From assembly GCA_963768835.1 (NCBI GenBank), contig CAVYJB010000002.1, forward strand, positions 72,230 to 136,229: DNA of 64,000 nucleotides. Reading direction: 5' to 3'. Below the pieces are notes generated by a model. That model made no database searches and had not been told where the DNA came from. It saw only the letters and a list, made by a program, of their open reading frames with translations. Positions 38,210 to 47,571 of this stretch are shown here, one piece after another (the first letter of the stretch is position 1; every line of letters begins with the position of its first letter). A program made the position numbers and the translations under genes. The DNA comes from an uncultured bacterium. Its GTDB lineage: Bacteria; Patescibacteriota; Minisyncoccia; UBA6257; GWB1-50-10.

Positions 38210-39979
38210 ATGGCAAAGATAAAGATACCAAAAGCCTACCAACCCTCCGATGAGGATCTTTCGAACGTCATTGCCCCCGCGGGGCTCGAGGTGGGCCCCG
38301 CAAACCTGAAAATTGGGGACTACTTCGCAAAGACTGTCTTTGTTTATACTTACCCGCGCTATATCTCGAGCGGTTGGTTCACCCCCATCGTCAACATGCC
38401 GCAGATGATGGACATCTCCCTTTTCATCCATCCAATGGACACTGCGCTCGCGCTTCGCAACCTCCGCAAGAAGATTACGGAAATTCAGGCGGAAATCACC
38501 GAGCATGAGGAAAAGGGGATTGTGCGCGACCCCATTCTTGAGACGGCCTACGAAGACATCGAAAACCTCCGAGATGCTCTTCAGCAGTCGCGCGAGAAAC
38601 TTTTCGAAGTTGGCATCTACCTCACTATCTACGGACGGACTCCCGAAGAGCTCGCGAAGATTGAAAGTACGGTTCAGTCCACCCTCGAAGCGAAGCTTGT
38701 GTACACGAAACCAGCGCTTTTCCGACAACTCGAGGGGTTCGAATCCGTTCTTCCCGAGGGGCACGATTCGCTCGCTATCCACACGCCCCTAAACAGTGCT
38801 CCTGTTTCCTCCATCTTCCCGTTCGTTTCCCCCGACCTTACCTCGGATCGAGGTATCCTCTACGGCGTGAATATGCACAACAATAGCCTCATTATTTTCG
38901 ACCGTTTTTCGCTCGAGAACGCGAATTCGGTTGTTTTTGCGAAGTCCGGCTCGGGAAAATCGTATGCAACGAAGCTCGAGATCCTTCGCTCTATGATGCT
39001 TGGAACGGATGTTATCGTCATTGACCCGGAAAATGAGTATCAGAACTTGGCGAATGCTATAGGAGGAAGTTACTTCAAGATATCGCTCACCTCCCAGAAC
39101 CACATCAACCCTTTCGATATCCCTGTCATCCCAGAAGGAGAAGAGCCGGGCGATGTTTTCAAGTCTCACGTCTTAAACCTCACCGGCCTTGTAAAGCTCA
39201 TGCTCGGCACTGTCACGCCCGAGGAAGACGCGCTCCTCGACCGCGTCATCACGGAAACCTATGCCTCCCGCGACATTACGGCTGAGAGTTTCGGAGGGTC
39301 TCAGGCTCTCACACCACCACTTCTTGGAGATCTGCAAACTATTCTTGAGAACACTGAGGGGGGGCGTGGAATCGCACAGCGGCTGGATAAGTTCACCCGC
39401 GGCTCCTATGCGGGTTTCACAAACGCCCCCACAAATGTCGATATCGCGAATCGTCTGATTGTGTTTTCCATTCGGGACCTCGAGGAAGAGCTGCGGCCCG
39501 TCGCAATGTACATTGTCCTCAACTTCGTATGGAGTCTTGTGCGCTCCCAGTTAAAGCGCCGGCTGCTTATTATCGACGAGGCGTGGTGGATGATGAAATA
39601 CCGCGATTCGGCGTCGTTCCTTTTCGGTCTTGTGAAACGCGCTCGGAAATACTACCTCGGTATCACGACTGTTACGCAGGATGTCGAGGACTTCGTGAAA
39701 TCGGAGTATGGTCGCCCCATCATCACAAATTCTTCGCTTCAGCTGCTCCTTAAACAATCCCCAACCTCTATCGGCGCCGTGGGTGAGGCCTTCGATCTTA
39801 CGGATGGAGAACGGGCGCTGCTCCTCGAGGCGGGGGTGGGGGAAGGCCTTTTCTTCGCCGGCCTCAAGCACGTCGCTATCAAGGTGGTGGCTTCTTACAC
39901 CGAGGATCAAATTATTACTACAAACCCGGAACAGATGATATCGATTAAAGGTCTCCAGAAATCGGCTCCGCCCGCCTGA
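38210..39979 (+). CDS. VirB4-family T4SS ATPase (C-terminal ATPase domain)
   Basis: 589 aa; Walker A 'FAKSGSGKSY' and Walker B 'RLLIIDEAWWMM', VirB4/TrbE-type. Confidence 0.8.
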   Translation: MAKIKIPKAYQPSDEDLSNVIAPAGLEVGPANLKIGDYFAKTVFVYTYPRYISSGWFTPIVNMPQMMDISLFIHPMDTALALRNLRKKITEIQAEITEHEEKGIVRDPILETAYEDIENLRDALQQSREKLFEVGIYLTIYGRTPEELAKIESTVQSTLEAKLVYTKPALFRQLEGFESVLPEGHDSLAIHTPLNSAPVSSIFPFVSPDLTSDRGILYGVNMHNNSLIIFDRFSLENANSVVFAKSGSGKSYATKLEILRSMMLGTDVIVIDPENEYQNLANAIGGSYFKISLTSQNHINPFDIPVIPEGEEPGDVFKSHVLNLTGLVKLMLGTVTPEEDALLDRVITETYASRDITAESFGGSQALTPPLLGDLQTILENTEGGRGIAQRLDKFTRGSYAGFTNAPTNVDIANRLIVFSIRDLEEELRPVAMYIVLNFVWSLVRSQLKRRLLIIDEAWWMMKYRDSASFLFGLVKRARKYYLGITTVTQDVEDFVKSEYGRPIITNSSLQLLLKQSPTSIGAVGEAFDLTDGERALLLEAGVGEGLFFAGLKHVAIKVVASYTEDQIITTNPEQMISIKGLQKSAPPA

Positions 39980-39981
39980 TC

Positions 39982-40473
39982 ATGGAACCTGCCCACCAAA
40001 AAATCGAGGTTGGCGAGATGGTGCTTTACACCCTCCTCGCAATTCTTGTTTCCGGCGCGTGCGCAATCTTGGATCTTTTCGTCGTTGGTCTCTTGATTTC
40101 CCCACTCCTGAACGCAGCTTTCGTTCTCATCCTCGATTACACTCTCCTGAAGCCCCGCGGGGGCCAGACGACGGGAAAGATTGGGCGTCAAATCGCGAAG
40201 TACGCTGCGGGCCTTATCCCGATTCTTCCCACGTCTGTGGCGGTGCTCTGGTTTGAAATCGTGAACCACAATCATCCAAAACTCACGGCTTTGGCTACCA
40301 AAACGGGCGGCGCTGCACTTGGTGGGGCGCTCGGCGGTCCTGCTGGAGCTAGAATCGGCCAAGCGGTGGGAGGCTATGCTACCAACGAGTCAGCCTCCCA
40401 GGCTATCCGCGGGAACATTGTTGCCGCCCCACGCCCTTCGCTCCAGCGGTCTGCCTATAGGGAAGCTGCTTAA
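39982..40473 (+). CDS. hypothetical membrane protein with Gly/Ala-rich C-terminus
   Basis: 163 aa with 3-4 TM helices; starts 3 nt after the VirB4 stop. Confidence 0.4.
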   Translation: MEPAHQKIEVGEMVLYTLLAILVSGACAILDLFVVGLLISPLLNAAFVLILDYTLLKPRGGQTTGKIGRQIAKYAAGLIPILPTSVAVLWFEIVNHNHPKLTALATKTGGAALGGALGGPAGARIGQAVGGYATNESASQAIRGNIVAAPRPSLQRSAYREAA

Positions 40474-40477
40474 CGCA

Positions 40478-41197
40478 ATGAAAAATAAAAAGATATCAGT
40501 CGGATTCAGGAAAAATGCTGTTTTTTTCGGAGTGGGTGTGGTTTTAGTCATGTCCCTTCTTCTTCCCAGCACCAGCATTGTTCATGCTGCGATACCACCG
40601 GGGCAGGTAATTCTCACTTGGCAGGCGAATAATTTCTATCCAGCGGACTATGTAGGCAAGGCTCTTGTTACACCAGGTACGCCGGTTTCCGTCTCTGTGG
40701 AATACGCGGAGAATGGGAAGCTTGTAGACCTTTCGCGCGCTTCGATTGCTTGGTATGTGGATGAAAATTTCGTCGGTAGTGGCGCGGGGAAAAAGGAAAT
40801 TGTTTTTATCTCCAATGGAGCTGCGGGAGGAAGCCATTTTGTCCGCGTCTCCATCTTGAGTGGAAGCGAGACGCTCGACACTTCCATACGCATTCCGATT
40901 GTTAACCCCAAAACAGTTATCGATGCGCCTTTTCCAAACGACACCGTGCCGGCTAGCTCCAAAATCTCGTTGAGCGCTTCCCCTTTCTTTTGGAACATCC
41001 CAGATATTCAGGGGCTTCAGTTTACGTGGCAGGCGAACGGCAGTCAGGCACAAGCAACTGGGGACACGAGCCTCGACCTTACGGTCGGTACCCCGCGTTC
41101 AGCAAGCGACCAATTTCTTCTCCTTTCCCTTCTCACCCAGAATTCGACAAATCCTTTGGAGTTCTCAAATGATCACGCGAAGCTTATAATCCAATAG
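40478..41197 (+). CDS. secreted hypothetical protein with internal repeat (TWQAN...)
   Basis: 239 aa from the ATG at 40478; signal peptide; two similar beta-rich segments beginning 'LTWQANNF' and 'QFTWQANG'. Confidence 0.45.
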   Translation: MKNKKISVGFRKNAVFFGVGVVLVMSLLLPSTSIVHAAIPPGQVILTWQANNFYPADYVGKALVTPGTPVSVSVEYAENGKLVDLSRASIAWYVDENFVGSGAGKKEIVFISNGAAGGSHFVRVSILSGSETLDTSIRIPIVNPKTVIDAPFPNDTVPASSKISLSASPFFWNIPDIQGLQFTWQANGSQAQATGDTSLDLTVGTPRSASDQFLLLSLLTQNSTNPLEFSNDHAKLIIQ

Positions 41198-41201
41198 AAC
41201 T

Positions 41202-41924
41202 ATGTTTCGATCTCAAGCGTTTCTCCTACTTCTCGTCGTCGGATTTATGGCAATGACTTTTGTGGCGCCTTTTTTGGCTCGTGCTGCGAACCTAGATACC
41301 ACGTTCGCCAATCCAGGCTACGTCCCACCTACGGATGCGAGTGGTGCGGTTAATATTGGTTTATATATCCAGCAGGTTTACAACTTCGCGGTTGGAATCT
41401 CCGGCATTCTTGCGGTGGGACTCATCGCGGTCGGTGGCATCATGTACGCCATTTCAGGGGGACGCCCCGACCGCCAGAACGAGGGGAAAGAGATGATTAT
41501 CGGCGCGCTCTGGGGTCTCGTGCTTTTATTCGGCTCCTACTTCATTCTCAAGACCATAAATCCGCAGATTGTAGCTCTGAACACGCCGGGCGGGACAGGA
41601 TTCGCGACTGCGCTAGCACCCTCGGCGACAACCACGACAACAAGCCCCTGTGGCAACATCTCATGCGCGGCGCATACCTACTTGAATCAAGGAACCTCTT
41701 TTCTTCTACCTACCTGCGGTCAGTTGGGGATAAATGACTGCACGGTGAATGTCGTCTTGGGCGTTACGGCCCATGCCCAGTACAACAACACAGAGATATG
41801 GCAGGCTGCGTATTACCCTTCAAGGGGGGGGACTGCACAATGTGTTGTCTACGCCTACAGGGACCCAGGAGAGAGTGTGACCATGATGACACCGAGTATG
41901 TCCGGACTCGCCCTGTGCCCCTAA
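41202..41924 (+). CDS. TrbC/VirB2-like pilin with Cys-rich C-terminal extension
   Basis: 240 aa; a signal peptide plus two hydrophobic helices with a charged loop (GGRPDRQNEGKE), as in the pilins at 6176-6996, then a ~110-aa extension with 6 Cys. Confidence 0.5.
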   Translation: MFRSQAFLLLLVVGFMAMTFVAPFLARAANLDTTFANPGYVPPTDASGAVNIGLYIQQVYNFAVGISGILAVGLIAVGGIMYAISGGRPDRQNEGKEMIIGALWGLVLLFGSYFILKTINPQIVALNTPGGTGFATALAPSATTTTTSPCGNISCAAHTYLNQGTSFLLPTCGQLGINDCTVNVVLGVTAHAQYNNTEIWQAAYYPSRGGTAQCVVYAYRDPGESVTMMTPSMSGLALCP

Positions 41925-41928
41925 TATC

Positions 41929-43092
41929 ATGTCCTCACGCACACGAATCATCGTCATTGCTTGCGCTCTTGTTATTGTTGGGGTTCTGGTCGTCGTTGCC
42001 TGGAACAGGATTTTTTCTTCGATACCTACTACAACACCTCCATCGACTAGTGGGGGTGGGAGCGCCCTTCCTATTGCACCATCAAACCCCGGGGGGGTGG
42101 CTGGACCATCCACCGTCACGGGGAGCGGTGTGACGCTACGCCGTCTTTCGGACGGTCCCGCCTTCGGTCTCTGGGCCGTGCCGGGCACCGGGGAGGTTTA
42201 CTACCTTACCCTTGAGGGCTCTGTTATGGATGCTAAGGAGGGCCCCGATCTTGAGATCTCGTCTCAGCCGATGCAAGCTCTGAACCGCATTATTCCCTCC
42301 GCGGACGGTTCGGAAGTGCTTGCCGCTTTTGGAAATCCTGCGGCCCCTTCATGGGGCATCTTTAGCTTGACCGATAAGGCATGGCATCCTCTTCCGACGG
42401 AAATTACGGAGGCGGCATGGGGATGGAAACCCAACCAACTCTTGGTCCTTATGAAGGTCTCCGATCTCACTTCGCTTGCAACTGCGGATATCTCAAAAAC
42501 CCCCATAGCCTACGCTGTGATTCTAAAAGATTTCCGGTTGAAAGATGTTCATCTTCAAGCGGAATCTCCTCAGGACATTCTTATATACGAAAAGCCTTCC
42601 GCTAATCTCGCGGGCCACCTTTGGGAGCTCGATAGCAAAACACTCGCGTGGAACCTTCTTCTCAAAGAAGAGCAGGGTCTTACGCTTGGGTGGTCGACTG
42701 ACGGATCGCTGCTTTTCAAGTACTCTCCTTCGCAGGGCTTCGTTATTCTAAACAACCAGCTAGGAATCGCCCTCCCGGCACCATTTACCACATTTCCTTC
42801 AAAATGTGCATCAATTGCTTCCTCGACGGCGTTTTGCTTCGTTCCCCAGAACCTTCCGACGCCGGGTCCGAGCGTGAGTCTTCCGGACGACTACTTCATG
42901 CGAACCCTTTACACCATTGATAATCTTTACCAGGTAACTTCGGTGGGGGGCTCAAGCAAGCTTTTCACCAGCTTTTCGGATTCCTTCCCCGCCATTGATG
43001 CAGAAAACCCGGTTATAGTAGCTGGGTCTGTTTACTTCCGGAACCGCTACGATAACTTTATTTACGAGCTTACTGTTCCGGTGACGCCTTGA
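41929..43092 (+). CDS. membrane-anchored hypothetical protein (last gene of the T4SS-like locus)
   Basis: 387 aa with an N-terminal TM anchor, a Pro/Thr/Ser/Gly linker and a large extracytoplasmic domain; no recognised domain. Confidence 0.45.
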   Translation: MSSRTRIIVIACALVIVGVLVVVAWNRIFSSIPTTTPPSTSGGGSALPIAPSNPGGVAGPSTVTGSGVTLRRLSDGPAFGLWAVPGTGEVYYLTLEGSVMDAKEGPDLEISSQPMQALNRIIPSADGSEVLAAFGNPAAPSWGIFSLTDKAWHPLPTEITEAAWGWKPNQLLVLMKVSDLTSLATADISKTPIAYAVILKDFRLKDVHLQAESPQDILIYEKPSANLAGHLWELDSKTLAWNLLLKEEQGLTLGWSTDGSLLFKYSPSQGFVILNNQLGIALPAPFTTFPSKCASIASSTAFCFVPQNLPTPGPSVSLPDDYFMRTLYTIDNLYQVTSVGGSSKLFTSFSDSFPAIDAENPVIVAGSVYFRNRYDNFIYELTVPVTP

Positions 43093-43115
43093 TTTGTTTT
43101 CTCAATGATTAAAAC

Positions 43116-43142
43116 AAAAAATCCGCATGAGCGGATTTTTTT
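43116..43142. terminator. bidirectional intrinsic terminator
   Basis: Perfect aaaaaatccgc-atga-gcggatttttt hairpin between convergent genes. Confidence 0.7.
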
Positions 43143-43155
43143 GTAGAACAGCTGA

Positions 43156-43590
43156 CTACTGGACGTGTTTGATAACCACTCGGCGCTCCTTGCCGACCCC
43201 CGTGCTTTCGGTGGTCAGCTCGGGATGCGTCGTAATTTCCATGTGCACAAGGCGGCGTTCGTAGGCGTTCATGGGGGGCAGCTCCACTTCGGTTTTTGAA
43301 ATCATCGCTTTTTTAGCCGCTGCACGCGCAAGCTCCGTGATAAGACGCTCCCGCTCCTTGCGATAGTAATTCACGTCGACAACGAACGAGGGGAGGTTTT
43401 CCTTCCGAAGCATCAGGTTCACGACGTGATCCACGGCTACAAGGAAGGGAGCGGTCCCGTCTTCCACGAGGCGGTCGGTGATAACGATTGAAACGCGCCG
43501 ACGAGGCTCGTCGAGAGTCACCTCGACGTCGTTGAACCCCATCATAAGGATAAGTGTTTTGATCCGTTCCAGAAGAATTTCTGTGGTCAT
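43156..43590 (-). CDS. Jag/KhpB-like RNA-binding protein (KH and R3H domains)
   Basis: 144 aa; C-terminal 'MNAYERRLVHMEI' R3H motif; positioned after yidC as in the conserved origin-proximal operon. Confidence 0.7.
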   Translation of the reverse strand: MTTEILLERIKTLILMMGFNDVEVTLDEPRRRVSIVITDRLVEDGTAPFLVAVDHVVNLMLRKENLPSFVVDVNYYRKERERLITELARAAAKKAMISKTEVELPPMNAYERRLVHMEITTHPELTTESTGVGKERRVVIKHVQ

Positions 43591-44294
43591 TGGGGTTGGT
43601 TAGTTTGCGTTTTGAGTGCGGTGACTTCGGGTGGCACCGGCAGGTGTCGGTTGATGTAGAGCTGCTGGAAAACCGAGAAGATGGTGGAGGTAACCCAATA
43701 GAGACCGATGGCGGAAGGTAGGTTCCAGAGGATGACGAGGGTGAGAACGGGGCCCATCACGACCATTGTTCTCCCCATTGAAGCCATGGGATTTCCGCTG
43801 TCCTTGGCGACCGCTTTCGGCAACGCGAGCCTCCCTTGAAGGTACTGTAGGCCCGCGGCCAGGAGCGCTACCACAATACTCTTCGCTCCCAGGTTTATTA
43901 AACCCAAAAAACTGTTGCTGTCAAACGCTCCGCCTCCCAATCCTCTCGTGAACACTTGAAAAAGCGCGATGAAAATAGGGAGCTGTACGAGTAATAGAAG
44001 GAGTCCGGAGAAGGGATTCAGGCGGTGTTTTTTATAAAGATCGAGTAGTTCTTTCGCTTGCTTCTCTTTGTCATCCTTGTGGTCCAGCTGGATTTTTTTT
44101 ATGTGTGGTTGGAGATGCTGCATGAGCGTCTGGTCGCGTGTTCCTTTGTAAAAAATGGGGAAGAGCACGGCACGCACAAGAACGGTAAGCATCACGATCG
44201 AGAGACCGAGATCGTGGAATGCGAGTGTTCGGTAAATGAAAATAAGCGCATCAAGGATGGGCTGGTAAATATAAGAATTGAAAAGATTACCCAT
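43587..44294 (-). CDS. yidC: membrane protein insertase YidC (short form)
   Basis: ~235 aa from MGNLFNSYIYQPILD; YidC/Oxa1 60-kDa-IMP core with 5 TM helices. Confidence 0.8.
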   Translation of the reverse strand: MGNLFNSYIYQPILDALIFIYRTLAFHDLGLSIVMLTVLVRAVLFPIFYKGTRDQTLMQHLQPHIKKIQLDHKDDKEKQAKELLDLYKKHRLNPFSGLLLLLVQLPIFIALFQVFTRGLGGGAFDSNSFLGLINLGAKSIVVALLAAGLQYLQGRLALPKAVAKDSGNPMASMGRTMVVMGPVLTLVILWNLPSAIGLYWVTSTIFSVFQQLYINRHLPVPPEVTALKTQTNQPQ

Positions 44295-44298
44295 AAGA

Positions 44299-44562
44299 TT
44301 AGGAGGTTTTTTGGAGTAGTTCGTCCCGGACCTCGTTGAATGTGGCGCGCAGGGCTTCTGGGCGAGCAATTACCGTGAGCCCGCTGCGGCCGGAAATTCG
44401 GCCCTGAAGTACCGAGCGAACGCGTCGCCGGAGGCGATTTCGATCCACGGCGCGTCGCGCCGCCGACTTGGGAATGACCACGATTAGTGGTTTTTCCTTC
44501 GTTTTTCGCTCGTGCACTCGAAGGGCGAAAAGCACGTCGCTAGACGGACAACTTCTTGCGTC
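44299..44562 (-). CDS. rnpA: ribonuclease P protein component
   Basis: Basic protein containing '[13 protein letters not shown]'; the start is uncertain because the tracked ORF runs through rpmH. Confidence 0.55.
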   Translation of the reverse strand, partial: DARSCPSSDVLFALRVHERKTKEKPLIVVIPKSAARRAVDRNRLRRRVRSVLQGRISGRSGLTVIARPEALRATFNEVRDELLQKTS

Positions 44563-44674
44563 CCTTGGCCCGTCGCCGGCGAATAGTGGCTCTTCCACCG
44601 GCGCTGCGGCTCCGGACGCGGAACCCATGGGTCTTCTTTCGTTTTCTCTTCCTGGGTTGGTAGGTAACACTCAT
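44540..44674 (-). CDS. rpmH: 50S ribosomal protein L34
   Basis: 44 aa, '[44 protein letters not shown]'. Confidence 0.85.
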   Translation of the reverse strand: MSVTYQPRKRKRKKTHGFRVRSRSAGGRATIRRRRAKGRKKLSV

Positions 44675-44866
44675 AGGGAAGTGGGTTCTTGGTTCCTCCT
44701 TCGACTCGGTGGGATTGTAACACGGGCGACGGCCTTCGGCAATCAAAAACCACCGACAGGGTTATGAACAGTTCGTGCACAATTAGAACACGAAGGATCT
44801 TTGTATTCAACGTTGCATCCAGATACAATACTCGTAAGATTGAGGTTGCGCGGACCCAACTACATC

Positions 44867-46246
44867 ATGGACACCAAAGAGCTCTGGCAATCGGTGTTAG
44901 GCGAGATCGAACTGCAGATTTCGCGCCCTAATTATCTTACGTGGTTTAAAAATAGTCGGCTTGTGGATACAAACGAAAAAGATGGCATCGCTTTGGTGGG
45001 GCTACCCAATAACTTCGCCCGAGAGTGGGTGAAAAACCGCTATCACAAGTTGATTCTTGGATCGCTCCGTAATCTCAACGTCTCTATTAAGCACGTTAAT
45101 TACACCGTATTGAACCAAGCAACAACACTCCCGAAGGTGGTGCGCGCTGGACAGGGCGTTCCCTCGGCTCCGCTCACCGACGAGAAGCAGTTACCAATCA
45201 CAGAACTTAAGGTGGACCCGGTTTCCAACCTAAACCCTCGCTACACATTCGCTTCTTTTGTCGTCGGGTCTTCTAACGACATAGCGAATGCTGCCATCCA
45301 GGCCGTAATCCAAGACGTGGGGCGCAAATACAACCCGCTTTTTATTTACGGCGGTGTTGGTCTCGGAAAGACCCACCTTCTCCAAGCTGCGGGGAATGCG
45401 ATCGTTGAGCGTTACCACGGGAAAGTGCGAGTTCTTTATGTGACGTCAGAAAAGTTTATTAACGATGTTGTTTGGGCGGTCAGGAACAAACGGATGGAGG
45501 ATGTGAAAAAACGGTATCGAGACGTCGACGTTCTCATTATCGACGACATACAGTTTATTGGGGGGAAGCCAACAACAGAACTGGAGTTTTTTTATACCTT
45601 CAACGCTCTCCACGAAAACAACAAGCAAATTATTCTTTCCTCGGACCGGCCTCCGGCAGCCATACCAACCCTGGAGGAACGCCTCCAGTCGCGTTTCGAG
45701 GGTGGTATGCTCGCAGACATCACCTACCCCGACTACGAAATGCGGCTCGCCATTCTTAAAACACGGGCGCAGGAGCAAAACTGGAATGTTTCCAATCTTG
45801 TTTTGGAACAAATTGCGGCGAGGGTCCAAAAAAACATTCGGGAGCTTGAGGGGGTTCTAAATAAGGTGGTTTTTTACCAAACCTACAAACGTGGGGTGGT
45901 AGATCAGCACAAACTGGAAGAGATTATCAGTGAAACGGCCCAAGTAAGCGCTAAGAACATAACGCCGAACGACGTAACCAAGGCGGTAGCGGACTTTTTT
46001 GAGGTCCAGTTAGGGGAACTTACGGACCGGAGTCGGAAGCAGGAAATTGTAGAACCCCGTCAGATTGCGATGTTCTTACTTAGAGATATCCTAAAACTGT
46101 CTTATCCCCACATTGGAGAGAAACTAGGGAAAAGAGATCACACGACCGCGATCCACGCATACGAAAAGATAAGTCGGGAAATGAACCAGAATCCCACCTT
46201 GAACCAGAAGATTATGCTTATACGTGAACGTCTGTATAAGACCTAG
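44867..46246 (+). CDS. dnaA: chromosomal replication initiator protein DnaA
   Basis: AAA+ Walker A 'GGVGLGKTHL', Walker B 'VLIIDDIQF', and a C-terminal DnaA-box-binding domain; start taken at MDTKELWQ. Confidence 0.9.
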   Translation: MDTKELWQSVLGEIELQISRPNYLTWFKNSRLVDTNEKDGIALVGLPNNFAREWVKNRYHKLILGSLRNLNVSIKHVNYTVLNQATTLPKVVRAGQGVPSAPLTDEKQLPITELKVDPVSNLNPRYTFASFVVGSSNDIANAAIQAVIQDVGRKYNPLFIYGGVGLGKTHLLQAAGNAIVERYHGKVRVLYVTSEKFINDVVWAVRNKRMEDVKKRYRDVDVLIIDDIQFIGGKPTTELEFFYTFNALHENNKQIILSSDRPPAAIPTLEERLQSRFEGGMLADITYPDYEMRLAILKTRAQEQNWNVSNLVLEQIAARVQKNIRELEGVLNKVVFYQTYKRGVVDQHKLEEIISETAQVSAKNITPNDVTKAVADFFEVQLGELTDRSRKQEIVEPRQIAMFLLRDILKLSYPHIGEKLGKRDHTTAIHAYEKISREMNQNPTLNQKIMLIRERLYKT

Positions 46247-46463
46247 ATATTCTGTGGATGGTTGGGAATAAAATAATTACTTTTTCTTTTTTTATCAACA
46301 CCAAGAGTAGAAGAATCCACAGTTAAGAACTTTTTGGTTCTAAATAAAAACCAGTTTTTCTCGACCTATAAATAAGTTTTCCACATATCCACAGTCCTAC
46401 TATAACTACTTCTTCTTATCTTTACTATGAAACATATCGGAGGGGTGGTGGGTAAAACAAAAT
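46247..46463. promoter_or_regulatory. candidate oriC: AT-rich dnaA-dnaN intergenic region with DnaA boxes
   Basis: About 30% GC; it holds at least three close matches to the TTATCCACA DnaA box: tgtggat at 46252-46258 (on the other strand), atccaca at 46313-46319, and tatccacag at 46386-46394. A weaker ttttccaca lies at 46377-46385. Confidence 0.5.
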
Positions 46464-47567
46464 ATGAAGGTTATTGTTTTAAGAAATAATTTTCTAGAAG
46501 GACTCACGATTGTTGAGCGGGCGGTGGGTGCCAACACCAACCTCCCGGTTTTGAAAAGTGTCCATATCCGGACAGAGGAGGGGCGTATTCTTCTTTCAGC
46601 AACCGATCTTGAGCTTGCGATAAGAAGTACGGTTTCTGGTAAGGTTGTTGAGGGAGGAGAGTGTGTAGTTCCTTTTAATGTTTTAAACACTATCGTAAAA
46701 AACGTACCAGCAGAACGTTTAACCCTAGAAGAAAAAGAACGCAAACTTTTGATCAGTACCGACAACTACGAAGCGGTTATTCAAGGACAAAGCCCCAAAG
46801 ATTTCCCTATTATCCCAAGTATCCAAAATGCCGAACAATCACTTGTTTTAAGTAGTAAAGAATTCCGCGACGCCCTCACCGCTGTTACGGTGGCGGTTCA
46901 GTACTCTGAGATTCGGCCAGAGATTAGTGGGGTACTTTTTCGGCTAGAAAACCGCCGGGTGATTCTTGTTGGTACTGATAGTTTCCGGCTTGTAGAAACA
47001 TCCTTTCCTATCGAGAAAAGCTCAGGACTCGAGACCTTCTCAATGATTATACCGCTCAAAACCGCAGAGGACCTTCTCCGAATTCTAGATGGGCAAAACG
47101 AGTCAATTGAAATAACAAGCGACTCAAACCAAGCGCTTTTCCGGACCCCCACGAGGCAAATCACCTCCCGGCTAATTGATGGAGCGTTTCCTGAATACCA
47201 AGCAGTAATTCCCAAAGAGACGCAGTCTGATGCCGAAGTCGACCGAGAGGAGCTCCTTGGGGCAGTGAGGCTCACCGCCACATTTGCTGGACGTACCCAA
47301 GGGATAACAGTGAGTGTTGGAGATAGTAAAAAATTCATAGAACTTTCTTCCGCGGATACCACACTCGGAGAAAACCAATATCGGGTTCCTATCAAACTAC
47401 GCGGCGAGAAATTCTCTGCGATCCTTAACTGGCGCTATCTCATGGACGGACTTAAGATCTACAAGTCCGAGGAGATAACAATAGGAATTTCGCCCGAGCG
47501 CCCCGCGATTATTCGGACGAGCTCCGAACCATTTCTCCTTTACGTCCTAATGCCTATCAAGCTTTAG
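46464..47567 (+). CDS. dnaN: DNA polymerase III beta sliding clamp
   Basis: 367 aa with three-domain clamp architecture, located immediately after dnaA. Confidence 0.9.
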   Translation: MKVIVLRNNFLEGLTIVERAVGANTNLPVLKSVHIRTEEGRILLSATDLELAIRSTVSGKVVEGGECVVPFNVLNTIVKNVPAERLTLEEKERKLLISTDNYEAVIQGQSPKDFPIIPSIQNAEQSLVLSSKEFRDALTAVTVAVQYSEIRPEISGVLFRLENRRVILVGTDSFRLVETSFPIEKSSGLETFSMIIPLKTAEDLLRILDGQNESIEITSDSNQALFRTPTRQITSRLIDGAFPEYQAVIPKETQSDAEVDREELLGAVRLTATFAGRTQGITVSVGDSKKFIELSSADTTLGENQYRVPIKLRGEKFSAILNWRYLMDGLKIYKSEEITIGISPERPAIIRTSSEPFLLYVLMPIKL

Positions 47568-47571
47568 TCCT

